Virus record (IMG/VR): IMGVR_UViG_3300046795_000023
Coordinates: 1 to 36,442 of that record
Strand: one strand, 5' to 3'
Source of the DNA: a virus
Taxonomy: Duplodnaviria; Caudoviricetes
DNA: 36,442 nt
The notes beneath the pieces were generated by a model that was not told the origin of the DNA, made no database searches, and worked only from the letters and a program-made list of their open reading frames with translations. The stretch's first letter is position 1; the number at the start of each line of letters is the position of its first letter. The position numbers and the translations under genes are program-made. Below are positions 16,066 through 23,290 of the stretch, one piece after another.

Positions 16066-16308
16066 ATGATGCGCTGCCCCGCGACGTGGTTCGTCTTGCG
16101 CCACGACGTCATCCGCCGCTGGAAACGCGCCCCCGACGGCACCGTCATCACGCCGCATGTGCTCGAATGGGAGTGCCTGCGCTGCGGTAAGGTCGTCGGC
16201 GTCACCCCGGTCGTGCCGCTCGTCGCGGCGCCGCGCCCGCGCCTGCACGCGCTCGTCGAGAAGGGCCGCGCGATTCCGGACACGCCCGCGCGGCGGAAGG
16301 ATGGATGA
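16066..16308 (+). CDS. Small zinc-binding hypothetical protein
   Basis: C..H...CLRCG; GGAG RBS. Confidence 0.55.
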   Translation: MMRCPATWFVLRHDVIRRWKRAPDGTVITPHVLEWECLRCGKVVGVTPVVPLVAAPRPRLHALVEKGRAIPDTPARRKDG

Positions 16309-16823
16309 CGATGAACCCCTGGCGCCGGTCGTTTCGTGCCGATCCCCTCGCGCGTCCGCTCGCCGATCGGCACTACAACCGACAGCGGATCGGCGCCATG
16401 CAATTCGTACCGCCCGGTCGCTGCGTCGTGCTCTGTATGCCCGCCGCGGCCGTCTGGGTCACGTCCTGGCCGCTTGCGGAATACGTCCAGCATGCATGGG
16501 CGGGCGCGTGGATCAATACGCTGTTTCGGCGTGAGGCTGGCCCCCTCGCGAGCGAGTTGATCCGCGCCGCCGTCGCCGCCACGCGGGCGATCTGGACTGT
16601 CCCGCCGCTCGGGATCGTGACCTTTGTCGATCCTCGGCACATTCACCACAAGCGCGATCCGGGGCGCTGCTATCGTAAAGCCGGTTGGCGACACGTCGGC
16701 TATACACACGGCGGCCTGTGGGCGTACCAACAACTCCCCGCCGACATGCCGCGCCCGGATTATTCCGTCCACTCCCCGCTCCTCGCCGACCCGTTCACTT
16801 CTACTCTCGAGGACCGCCCATGA
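16305..16823 (+). CDS. Mom-like GNAT-fold putative DNA-modifying protein
   Basis: LADRHYNR, QFVPPGR, W.N.LFR.E, SELIR.AV, VTFVD, PG.CY.KAGW..VG.T. The C-terminus resembles the Mom-family TY.D...G..Y.A.NW...G.T pattern. Confidence 0.5.
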   Translation: MTMNPWRRSFRADPLARPLADRHYNRQRIGAMQFVPPGRCVVLCMPAAAVWVTSWPLAEYVQHAWAGAWINTLFRREAGPLASELIRAAVAATRAIWTVPPLGIVTFVDPRHIHHKRDPGRCYRKAGWRHVGYTHGGLWAYQQLPADMPRPDYSVHSPLLADPFTSTLEDRP

Positions 16824-17449
16824 AAAAAGTCACGATCCGCACGACCTCGACGCCCACACCGACCGCGTTCGTCCCGAATCGCCGCGCCGACGTCGAGGCG
16901 ATCTGCGCCGCGCACCCAGAAGCGTTCCCGCCTGGTGACGCGAACGACGCCGCGCGCCTGCAGCTGTTGACCGAGACGATGGTGCCGACGATCAACGCCG
17001 ACCACCCGGAGGACGGCGGGCAGTGGGGCGTGCTGACGAAGACGGACCAGAACAACAAAGTGCCCTGCGACGTGATGGTCTGGCGCCCCGGCACGGTGAC
17101 GATCGACGTGATGACGGGCACGGGCGCGAGTTGGGACGTCCACGGCGCCGCGAACAATCCGCTGTGGGTGTGGACCGCGTGCGAGGCGCCGGTGGATGGC
17201 GACAGCGACGTCTGGGACGGCGTGGCGTTTGAGGACGATAAAGCGGTGGAGTTCGGAAACGTCTGCAATCAGGTGTATGCCGAACTCGCGGCCCAGACGC
17301 CCCCCGGCGCGGCCATCGACGCCGGGATGATCGGCGTGCATAGCGGGCGCACGGCGTTTAGCTATTACATCAGCGGGATGGGCTGGCAGGCGTGCCTCAA
17401 GAAGCACACGAATGAGTTCAGGGCGGAGTATCAGCTGCCGCCCGTGTGA
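16820..17449 (+). CDS. Hypothetical protein, candidate non-canonical endolysin
   Basis: 209 aa, acidic, two apparent domains; lies just upstream of the holin-like gene. Confidence 0.55.
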   Translation: MKKVTIRTTSTPTPTAFVPNRRADVEAICAAHPEAFPPGDANDAARLQLLTETMVPTINADHPEDGGQWGVLTKTDQNNKVPCDVMVWRPGTVTIDVMTGTGASWDVHGAANNPLWVWTACEAPVDGDSDVWDGVAFEDDKAVEFGNVCNQVYAELAAQTPPGAAIDAGMIGVHSGRTAFSYYISGMGWQACLKKHTNEFRAEYQLPPV

Positions 17450-17453
17450 CGTG

Positions 17454-17690
17454 ATGACCGGCACCGAGTCGCCCCCCGGCTTCTACCGCCCGCGCGCCTC
17501 CGGCGGGGTCGTCTGCGCGCTGTGCGCGGCGTCCGATCACGCGCACGCGCCCGACTGCCCGGTGATGGTGCTGCACGCGCAGCTGCGCGAGCTCGCGGGG
17601 CAGCTGGGGCTGTTTGTGGCGACGACGCGCGAGACGCTCGACGCGCTCGAGCGGCTGCTGCGCGGGGAGATCGGGAACGGGACACAGTGA
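17454..17690 (+). CDS. Hypothetical Zn-finger/coiled-coil protein
   Basis: CALC...H.PDC followed by a helix. Confidence 0.55.
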   Translation: MTGTESPPGFYRPRASGGVVCALCAASDHAHAPDCPVMVLHAQLRELAGQLGLFVATTRETLDALERLLRGEIGNGTQ

Positions 17691-17702
17691 AGGGAGGCGC
17701 GC

Positions 17703-17891
17703 ATGGGCCTGATTGAATTGCTCGTGATTCTCGTCGTGGTCGGCGTCCTGCTCTGGCTGGTCGAGACCCAGATTCCGATGGACCCCGGCATCAAGACGAT
17801 CATTAAGGTCGTGGTGATCCTGGTCGTGGTGCTCTGGCTGCTGCGGCTGTTCGTCGGCGACATCCCGATGTTTCCGGTGCGCGGGCGCTGA
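17703..17891 (+). CDS. Two-TM membrane protein (Thivi_2564-like), probable holin
   Basis: LLVILVVVGVLLWLVETQIPMDPGIKTIIKVVVILVVVLWLL; basic C-terminus; GGAGG RBS. Confidence 0.75.
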   Translation: MGLIELLVILVVVGVLLWLVETQIPMDPGIKTIIKVVVILVVVLWLLRLFVGDIPMFPVRGR

Positions 17892-17892
17892 C

Positions 17893-18747
17893 ATGAAGCA
17901 CATCGTCGGGTTCTCGGGCGGCGTCGACTCGCAGGCGTGCGCGCGGTGGGTACTGAACCGGCACCCGGCCGCCGATGTGATCTTGACGAATAGCAACGCG
18001 GGCCAGTGGGAAGACCCGCTGACGATGGAATTCGTAGAGACGTACTCGACGACCGTCCATCCGATCGTGCATTGCAACGCGAAGTACAAAGACATCTGGG
18101 AAACGCCAGGCTTTGCCGAGACGCGCGGATTTGATGGCGAGGCCGATCTCACCTTCGAGGCCATGTGTCAGATCAAAGGCCGGCCGCCGAGCCGGAAGGC
18201 GCAATTCTGCACGAAGATCCTAAAGCTCGTCCCACAACGCCGCTGGTTACGCGAGGCCTTCGGGCCGGGCGGCGTGTACGAGGGGCAAGAGTTTGTCCGG
18301 TATACCGGCGTCCGGCGCGAGGAATCGAACACCCGGAAAGACACGCCGATCCAACGGTACGACGACTGGTTCGATTGCGAGCTCGTCGCGCCGATCGTCG
18401 ATTGGACGAAGCCGATGTGCTTCGACTATGTGAAGGCCCACGGCGAACCGATCAACCCGCTCTATACGCTGGGCTTCAATCGCGTCGGGTGCGCGCCCTG
18501 TATCAACAGCAGCAAGGCCGACATCCTCAACTGGCACGCGCGGCGGCCCGAGATGATCGAGAAAGTCCGCGGCCTGGAGGAACGGACCGGCAGGACGTTC
18601 TTCTATCCTGTGGATCGCGACGGCGTGATCAACGGCATCGACGCCGTCCTGCGCTGGGCGGGCACGTCGCGCGGCGGGGTGCAGCCGAAGCTCGACATGA
18701 TGCACGAACGCAGCGGCTGCGAGAGTGCGTATGGGCTGTGCGAATGA
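17893..18747 (+). CDS. PAPS-reductase-family (PP-loop) protein
   Basis: FSGGVDS, FCT..LK..P, GVRREES..R, PIVDW, NPLY.LGFNRVGC.PC and a C-terminal CESAYGLCE. Confidence 0.88.
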   Translation: MKHIVGFSGGVDSQACARWVLNRHPAADVILTNSNAGQWEDPLTMEFVETYSTTVHPIVHCNAKYKDIWETPGFAETRGFDGEADLTFEAMCQIKGRPPSRKAQFCTKILKLVPQRRWLREAFGPGGVYEGQEFVRYTGVRREESNTRKDTPIQRYDDWFDCELVAPIVDWTKPMCFDYVKAHGEPINPLYTLGFNRVGCAPCINSSKADILNWHARRPEMIEKVRGLEERTGRTFFYPVDRDGVINGIDAVLRWAGTSRGGVQPKLDMMHERSGCESAYGLCE

Positions 18748-19037
18748 TGCGCACGTGGACGCGCGCCCCGCTCGGCGTCGCGATCCGTTGCGGCCAGTGT
18801 GGGGCGCTCGTCGCGACCGGCGCGCCGCTCGTGCGGATTACCATCGCGGCCGTCACGCGGGCGCTGGTGCGCTGCGACGCGTGCGCGGGACCGGCGCCGC
18901 CGGACCAGCCCGCGCAGGCGGTGCCCGTGCCGGTCGCGCGCGCGGCGGCCCCGGCGCCGGGGTTCGTGGCGGTGAGCGCGATCACGCCGGACTGGCGGAT
19001 GCGCGCGGCGGGGCGCGAGCCGGGGGAGGATGGGTGA
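18744..19037 (+). CDS. Zinc-finger hypothetical protein
   Basis: CGQC...CDAC. Confidence 0.6.
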   Translation: MMRTWTRAPLGVAIRCGQCGALVATGAPLVRITIAAVTRALVRCDACAGPAPPDQPAQAVPVPVARAAAPAPGFVAVSAITPDWRMRAAGREPGEDG

Positions 19038-19270
19038 TGCCGCTGGGTCCGAAACTCGTCGGCGATCCGTTGACGAGCGAACTGCTGGATCTGATTTGCC
19101 TCATGCCCGATCACCAAGTGGACGAGATCATCAAATTTGTGATCGCACTGCGGTCGGCGCGGGGGAAGGGTCGGCGTGTCACGTTGGAAGCGGCGGGACC
19201 GTCAGGCGCGGTCCCCGGCGGGCAGGGCGATGGGCGGCCACCCGCCGCGCGGGGCGAGGATGACGCATGA
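19037..19270 (+). CDS. Hypothetical protein
   Basis: MPLGPKLVGDPLTSELLDLICLMPD...; TGATG coupling. Confidence 0.55.
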   Translation: MPLGPKLVGDPLTSELLDLICLMPDHQVDEIIKFVIALRSARGKGRRVTLEAAGPSGAVPGGQGDGRPPAARGEDDA

Positions 19271-19488
19271 GCGCACAACTCACACGGCCGAAGTCGGCCC
19301 GCGAGATCGCGCAGTTGATCGCGGACGACTTATTTATGAACCATGTGGGCGAGCAGGCCGATCGGTTGGTGCTCTGGATGGATGCCGACGAGCGGAACCT
19401 CGGCGGCTGGGCGAAACGAGTCGTCATCGATCGCATTGTCGCGGTCTTACGGACGGCGGACAGACGGGAAGAGGCAGTGAACCCATGA
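19267..19488 (+). CDS. Hypothetical protein
   Basis: 73 aa; ATGA coupling; GAGG RBS. Confidence 0.6.
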   Translation: MSAQLTRPKSAREIAQLIADDLFMNHVGEQADRLVLWMDADERNLGGWAKRVVIDRIVAVLRTADRREEAVNP

Positions 19489-19709
19489 GCGCGTCGGTGT
19501 CCCTCCTCAACGCGGCGGCGATCCTCGGCGTCACGCGCCGGAGTGTCTACAGCTACATCCGCGCGGGGCGGCTGCGCACGGTCCGCGTGGGACTCTCGCA
19601 GCGCGTGCTCGCCGAGTCGCTGCAGGCGCAATGCGCGCTGCAGGCCGCGCGCGCGGCGGACGGCGTCAACCGGGGCGGGCGGCCCCCCCTGCCGGCGGAG
19701 CGCGCGTGA
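19485..19709 (+). CDS. HTH_17/excisionase-like DNA-binding protein
   Basis: SLLNAAAILGVTRRSVYSYIRAGRLRTVRVG. Confidence 0.75.
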   Translation: MSASVSLLNAAAILGVTRRSVYSYIRAGRLRTVRVGLSQRVLAESLQAQCALQAARAADGVNRGGRPPLPAERA

Positions 19710-20132
19710 ATGGCCTCCCCGGCGGTCCCTGGCGTGATTCGGGCGGGGGATTCGCGCGCCGCCGCCGCCGCCCGCGCGATGAACGCCCGGCGCCGCGAAC
19801 AGTGGGGGCCGTCGCTCTGCAGTCCCGCGGGCGTGGCGGCCAAGCGCGCGGCGAATGCGCGGCAGGCCCGCCGGCCCCGCGTCACGCAGTGCAAGCATGG
19901 GCACCGCTACAGCGACAGCAACACGTATCGCAACACGCAGGGGAAGCGCTGCTGCCGGGCGTGCCGCACGCTGCGCCGGCACCGGGCGCGCTGGGCGGCG
20001 CTGCAGGCCCGGACGCGCGCGCGGCTGAAGGCCAAGATGTTGGCCGCGCACCCGGACCGCGGCGGCACGTCGGCGCGCTTTATCCGCGCCCGGCAGCGCT
20101 ACCTCGCCGCGTGCGCGGGGGCGCGGGGTTGA
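19710..20132 (+). CDS. Zn-finger plus truncated J-domain-like (HPD) protein
   Basis: CKHGH.YS.SNTY.....RCCRAC, then KMLAAHPDRGGTSARF. Confidence 0.6.
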   Translation: MASPAVPGVIRAGDSRAAAAARAMNARRREQWGPSLCSPAGVAAKRAANARQARRPRVTQCKHGHRYSDSNTYRNTQGKRCCRACRTLRRHRARWAALQARTRARLKAKMLAAHPDRGGTSARFIRARQRYLAACAGARG

Positions 20133-20136
20133 CGCG

Positions 20137-20709
20137 ATGACGCGCCGCCGTCCGCTCAAGCCCCTCACCCCGAAGCAACGCCAGTTCGTGGCGGAGTATC
20201 TCGTCGACCTCAACGCGACGCAGGCGGCGATCCGTTGTGGCTACCGCCGCAAGACGGCGCACGTGCAGGGCGGGCGGCTGTATCGGAATGTTGTAGTCCA
20301 GGCGGCGATCCGGCGCGGCCAGCAGCGCAAGGTCGCGAAAGCCGCGCTGACTGGTGATCGTGTCCTGGAAGAACTCGCGCGGGTCGGGTTGTCGAACGTC
20401 CAGCAGTTGTTCACGCCGGGCGGCGCGCTGGTGCCGCTCCATCAGCTCGCCCCGGCGGCGGCGGCGGCGATCGCGAGCCTCGAAGTCGTCATGAAGAACG
20501 CGGCGGCGGGCGACGACAAGATCGATCGCGTGCTCAAGATTCGCCTGTGGGACAAGCCGGCGGCGCTCAACACCCTCGCGAAACATTTCGCGCTGCTCGT
20601 CGACCGCGTGGAAGTGTCGGGCGAGATGCGCCTGCTGGACAAGATCCAACAGGCGCGGGCGCGGGGGGCGGCGCTGCGCGCGGAACGGGCGCGGCCGGCC
20701 AAGGGCTAA
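20137..20709 (+). CDS. terS: Terminase small subunit
   Basis: LTPKQRQFVAEYLVDLNATQAAIRCGY...KIRLWDK..AL..LAKH. Confidence 0.92.
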   Translation: MTRRRPLKPLTPKQRQFVAEYLVDLNATQAAIRCGYRRKTAHVQGGRLYRNVVVQAAIRRGQQRKVAKAALTGDRVLEELARVGLSNVQQLFTPGGALVPLHQLAPAAAAAIASLEVVMKNAAAGDDKIDRVLKIRLWDKPAALNTLAKHFALLVDRVEVSGEMRLLDKIQQARARGAALRAERARPAKG

Positions 20710-20746
20710 CACGGCGGCATGACAGGGGGAGGTCACCGACGACCCG

Positions 20747-21013
20747 ATGCAGTGCCAGCGCTGCGGCGTCAAGCAGGGGCAGTATCCGCGCTGGCTGTGT
20801 CGCGCGTGCGACGTGGCGGCGGGCACCTACGTGCCCGTGGCGTCGACCCCCGCGGTCTGCCAGCGCTGCGGGCGGCCGACGCGGGAGCGGCTGTGCGCGG
20901 CCTGCGGGCCGGCGGGGGCGGTGCCGCGCGCGGGGCCCGAGGCGCCGCCGCGGCGGGAGCGCGTCATCGGCGGGCGCGTGTATGTCGTGGTCTGGGATGG
21001 GAGCCGGCGATGA
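20747..21013 (+). CDS. Multi-CxxC zinc-finger protein
   Basis: Four CxxC pairs; lies between terS and terL. Confidence 0.6.
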   Translation: MQCQRCGVKQGQYPRWLCRACDVAAGTYVPVASTPAVCQRCGRPTRERLCAACGPAGAVPRAGPEAPPRRERVIGGRVYVVVWDGSRR

Positions 21014-22518
21014 GCCCCCGGCGCGCCCTGCCCGGCGCGGCGACCGACGAGGAGGCGCTCCAAGACCTCGTCGCGGCCTGCTACGCGGATCCGCTCGCGT
21101 TCGTGCTGCAGTGCTTTCCGTGGGGGGAGCCGCACACGCCACTCGCCGACGAGCCCGGCCCCGACGCCGTGCAGCGCGAGTTCCTCGAGTCGCTCGGCGC
21201 GGAGATTCGCGATCGCGCGTTCGATGGGCAGGACGCCGTGATGCCGATCCGCATGGCGGAGAGTTCCGGTCATGGGACCGGCAAAAGCTCATTAGGGGGG
21301 ATGCTCGCCGCGTTCATTCTCTCGACGCGCCCCGATAGCATCGGCACCGTCACGGCGGGCACGGCGACGCAGCTGAAACAGCGCACCTGGGCGGCGGTCT
21401 GCAGTTGGCTGCGGCTGTGTCTCACGGCGCACTGGTTCCACATCCAGGCGACCGGCATTTACTCGGTCTACCGCCCCGCGACGTGGAAGCTCATTCCGCA
21501 GACGTGCAAGCCGGAGAACGCGCAGGCGTTCGCGGGGCAGCATGCGAAAACGAGCACGTCGTGGTATCTGTTCGACGAGGCGTCGGAGGTGGACGATCGC
21601 ATCTGGCTGACGGCGGACCCCGGGGGGCTCACCGACGGCGAGCCGATGTTTTTCGCGTGGGGGCAGTTGGTGCGCAACACCGGCTACTTCTACCGCGTCT
21701 GTCAGGGCGACATCGCCGCGCGCTGGAACCATCGCCGCGTGGATTCGCGCGCCTCGCGGTTCACGAACAAGGCGCTCCTCGCGCAGCTCGCGACCGACTA
21801 CGGCGAGGACAGCGACATGTTTCGCGTCCGCGTGCTCGGCCTGCCGCCGCGCGCCTCGGAGCTGCAGTACATCGACGGCCAGCGTGTCGCCGGCGCGCGC
21901 ACACGGTCCTACAAGGCGACCGATGACGAGCCGCTCGTGGCGGGGTTCGATGTCTCGGGCGGCGGCAAGGCGTGGAACGTGATCCGCTTCCGGCGCGGCC
22001 TCGACGGCAATCCGCGCCCGGCGATTCGCATCCCCGGCGAGCACGACCCCGACCGCTCGGCGCGGATCGGGCTCTGCGCGGAGCTCCTGAGCGACCAGCG
22101 GCGCGGGCACCAGATCGCGGCGATGTTTGTCGATAGCGCCTTCGGGAGTCCGATCGTGGCGCGGCTGCAGGCGCTCGGCTACCCGAACATCTACGAAGTC
22201 AATTTCGGCGGGCAATCGCCCGACAGCCATCAGGAGAACATGCGCGCGTTCATGTGGGCGAAGGCGAAGGAGTGGCTGTTGCTCGGGACGTTGCCCGACG
22301 AGGACCTCCTGGCCGATCAGCTGACGCGGCCGGGGTATCACCTGAACCCGCGGAGCCGGCTCGTGATCGAATCGAAGGAGGCGCTGGCGCGCCGGGGCGA
22401 GGCGAGCCCGGACGATGCGGACGCGTTCGTGTTGACGTTTGCGCAGGCGGTGGCGCCGCCGCGGCCGGCGGGCGAGACGCGGCGGGACGCGCGGCCGGTG
22501 GGGAGTGTCTGGGGATGA
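21010..22518 (+). CDS. terL: Terminase large subunit
   Basis: Walker A SGHGTGKS, Walker B YLFDEAS, nuclease GFDVSG...SPDDADA; start at ATG 21010. Confidence 0.93.
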   Translation: MSPRRALPGAATDEEALQDLVAACYADPLAFVLQCFPWGEPHTPLADEPGPDAVQREFLESLGAEIRDRAFDGQDAVMPIRMAESSGHGTGKSSLGGMLAAFILSTRPDSIGTVTAGTATQLKQRTWAAVCSWLRLCLTAHWFHIQATGIYSVYRPATWKLIPQTCKPENAQAFAGQHAKTSTSWYLFDEASEVDDRIWLTADPGGLTDGEPMFFAWGQLVRNTGYFYRVCQGDIAARWNHRRVDSRASRFTNKALLAQLATDYGEDSDMFRVRVLGLPPRASELQYIDGQRVAGARTRSYKATDDEPLVAGFDVSGGGKAWNVIRFRRGLDGNPRPAIRIPGEHDPDRSARIGLCAELLSDQRRGHQIAAMFVDSAFGSPIVARLQALGYPNIYEVNFGGQSPDSHQENMRAFMWAKAKEWLLLGTLPDEDLLADQLTRPGYHLNPRSRLVIESKEALARRGEASPDDADAFVLTFAQAVAPPRPAGETRRDARPVGSVWG

Positions 22519-22715
22519 GTCTCCCGACACCCGCCGCGCTTGCGCAGACGCTGTGCGACGGCCCGATTACGCCGGAGCGCGTGCGCCGCCTGCTGCGGCT
22601 GCTGCAGGGGCAGCCCGCCGCGTTCATCGCCGAGGTGCTGGGCGCGATTCCCGACGTCAAGGTGCGCGCGACGGTCGCCGCCGCGGTGAAGGACGAGGGG
22701 CTGTTTCTCGACTGA
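22515..22715 (+). CDS. Hypothetical protein
   Basis: 66 aa; ATGA coupling. Confidence 0.55.
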   Translation: MSLPTPAALAQTLCDGPITPERVRRLLRLLQGQPAAFIAEVLGAIPDVKVRATVAAAVKDEGLFLD

Positions 22716-22718
22716 CGT

Positions 22719-22785
22719 GTGCCCCGTCCTGGGACGCCGCCCGAATAATACTTGTGCAGGCGTGGCCCGTCTCGGCACACTGGCC
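22719..22785 (+). promoter_or_regulatory. Putative late promoter, copy A
   Basis: 67-bp ungapped repeat with 28394-28460 (52/67 identical); core GAATAATACTTGTGC...GCACACTGGCC. Confidence 0.7.
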
Positions 22786-22793
22786 CCATCCCG

Positions 22794-23060
22794 ATGGGCT
22801 CCCACGCCGGCGCGTCCTTCGATCCCGACCTCGCGCTGCACCTGTCGACGCGCCCCCGCGTGGTCTGGACGCGCGCCGAACGGGCGCACCTCGACCGCTG
22901 TGCGCAGGATTTCAACGCGCATGGCGACCGCCTCGTGCTGGAGTGCGGCAAGCGCACCTGTCCCGATCGTCGCATCCATCTCGCGGCCGCGTTCAGCGCG
23001 CCCGGTGGCGCCGTCCTGCGCTGCGGGTGTACGGATCGGGTCTTCAGCCGGACGGTGTGA
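22794..23060 (+). CDS. Small Cys-containing hypothetical protein
   Basis: ECGKRTC...RCGCTDR; first gene after late promoter A. Confidence 0.6.
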   Translation: MGSHAGASFDPDLALHLSTRPRVVWTRAERAHLDRCAQDFNAHGDRLVLECGKRTCPDRRIHLAAAFSAPGGAVLRCGCTDRVFSRTV

Positions 23061-23290
23061 TGCCGGCCACCTCGGCCTCGCAACGTCGGTTGATGCAGGC
23101 CGCCCTCCACGGCGCGACCTTCGACCAGGCGAAAGACGTGCGCGCGTCGATGACCACGACGCAACTCCACGACTACGCGCAGGGGCCGTCGGTCGCCGAG
23201 GCGATCGGCCCGGCGCCCTCGCGCCCCCCGAAGACCCCCCCGCGGCCGCCGAAACCGCACCCACGCCCGAAACCGCGGCCGGGGTACTGA
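23060..23290 (+). CDS. DUF3008-like small protein
   Basis: MPATSASQRRLMQAALHGA.....SM...QLHDYA. Confidence 0.6.
   Translation: MPATSASQRRLMQAALHGATFDQAKDVRASMTTTQLHDYAQGPSVAEAIGPAPSRPPKTPPRPPKPHPRPKPRPGY

Noticed and set aside
17893-18747. cysH auxiliary metabolic gene for sulfate assimilation, or a complete Dnd phosphorothioation system
   Set aside because: No other cys or dnd genes are present; the context favours nucleic-acid modification and the function is unresolved.
20705-20714. Operator at the end of terS (GCTAACACGG)
   Set aside because: Only one half-site matches and there is no associated promoter; plausibly chance.
22717-23289. N-terminal extension of the 1019-aa portal ORF (likewise extensions of the ORFs at 7380, 11251, 14881, 20719, 28389, 32504)
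   Set aside because: GC-rich open-frame run-ons. Better starts with coupling or RBS exist downstream, and other real genes or promoters occupy these stretches.
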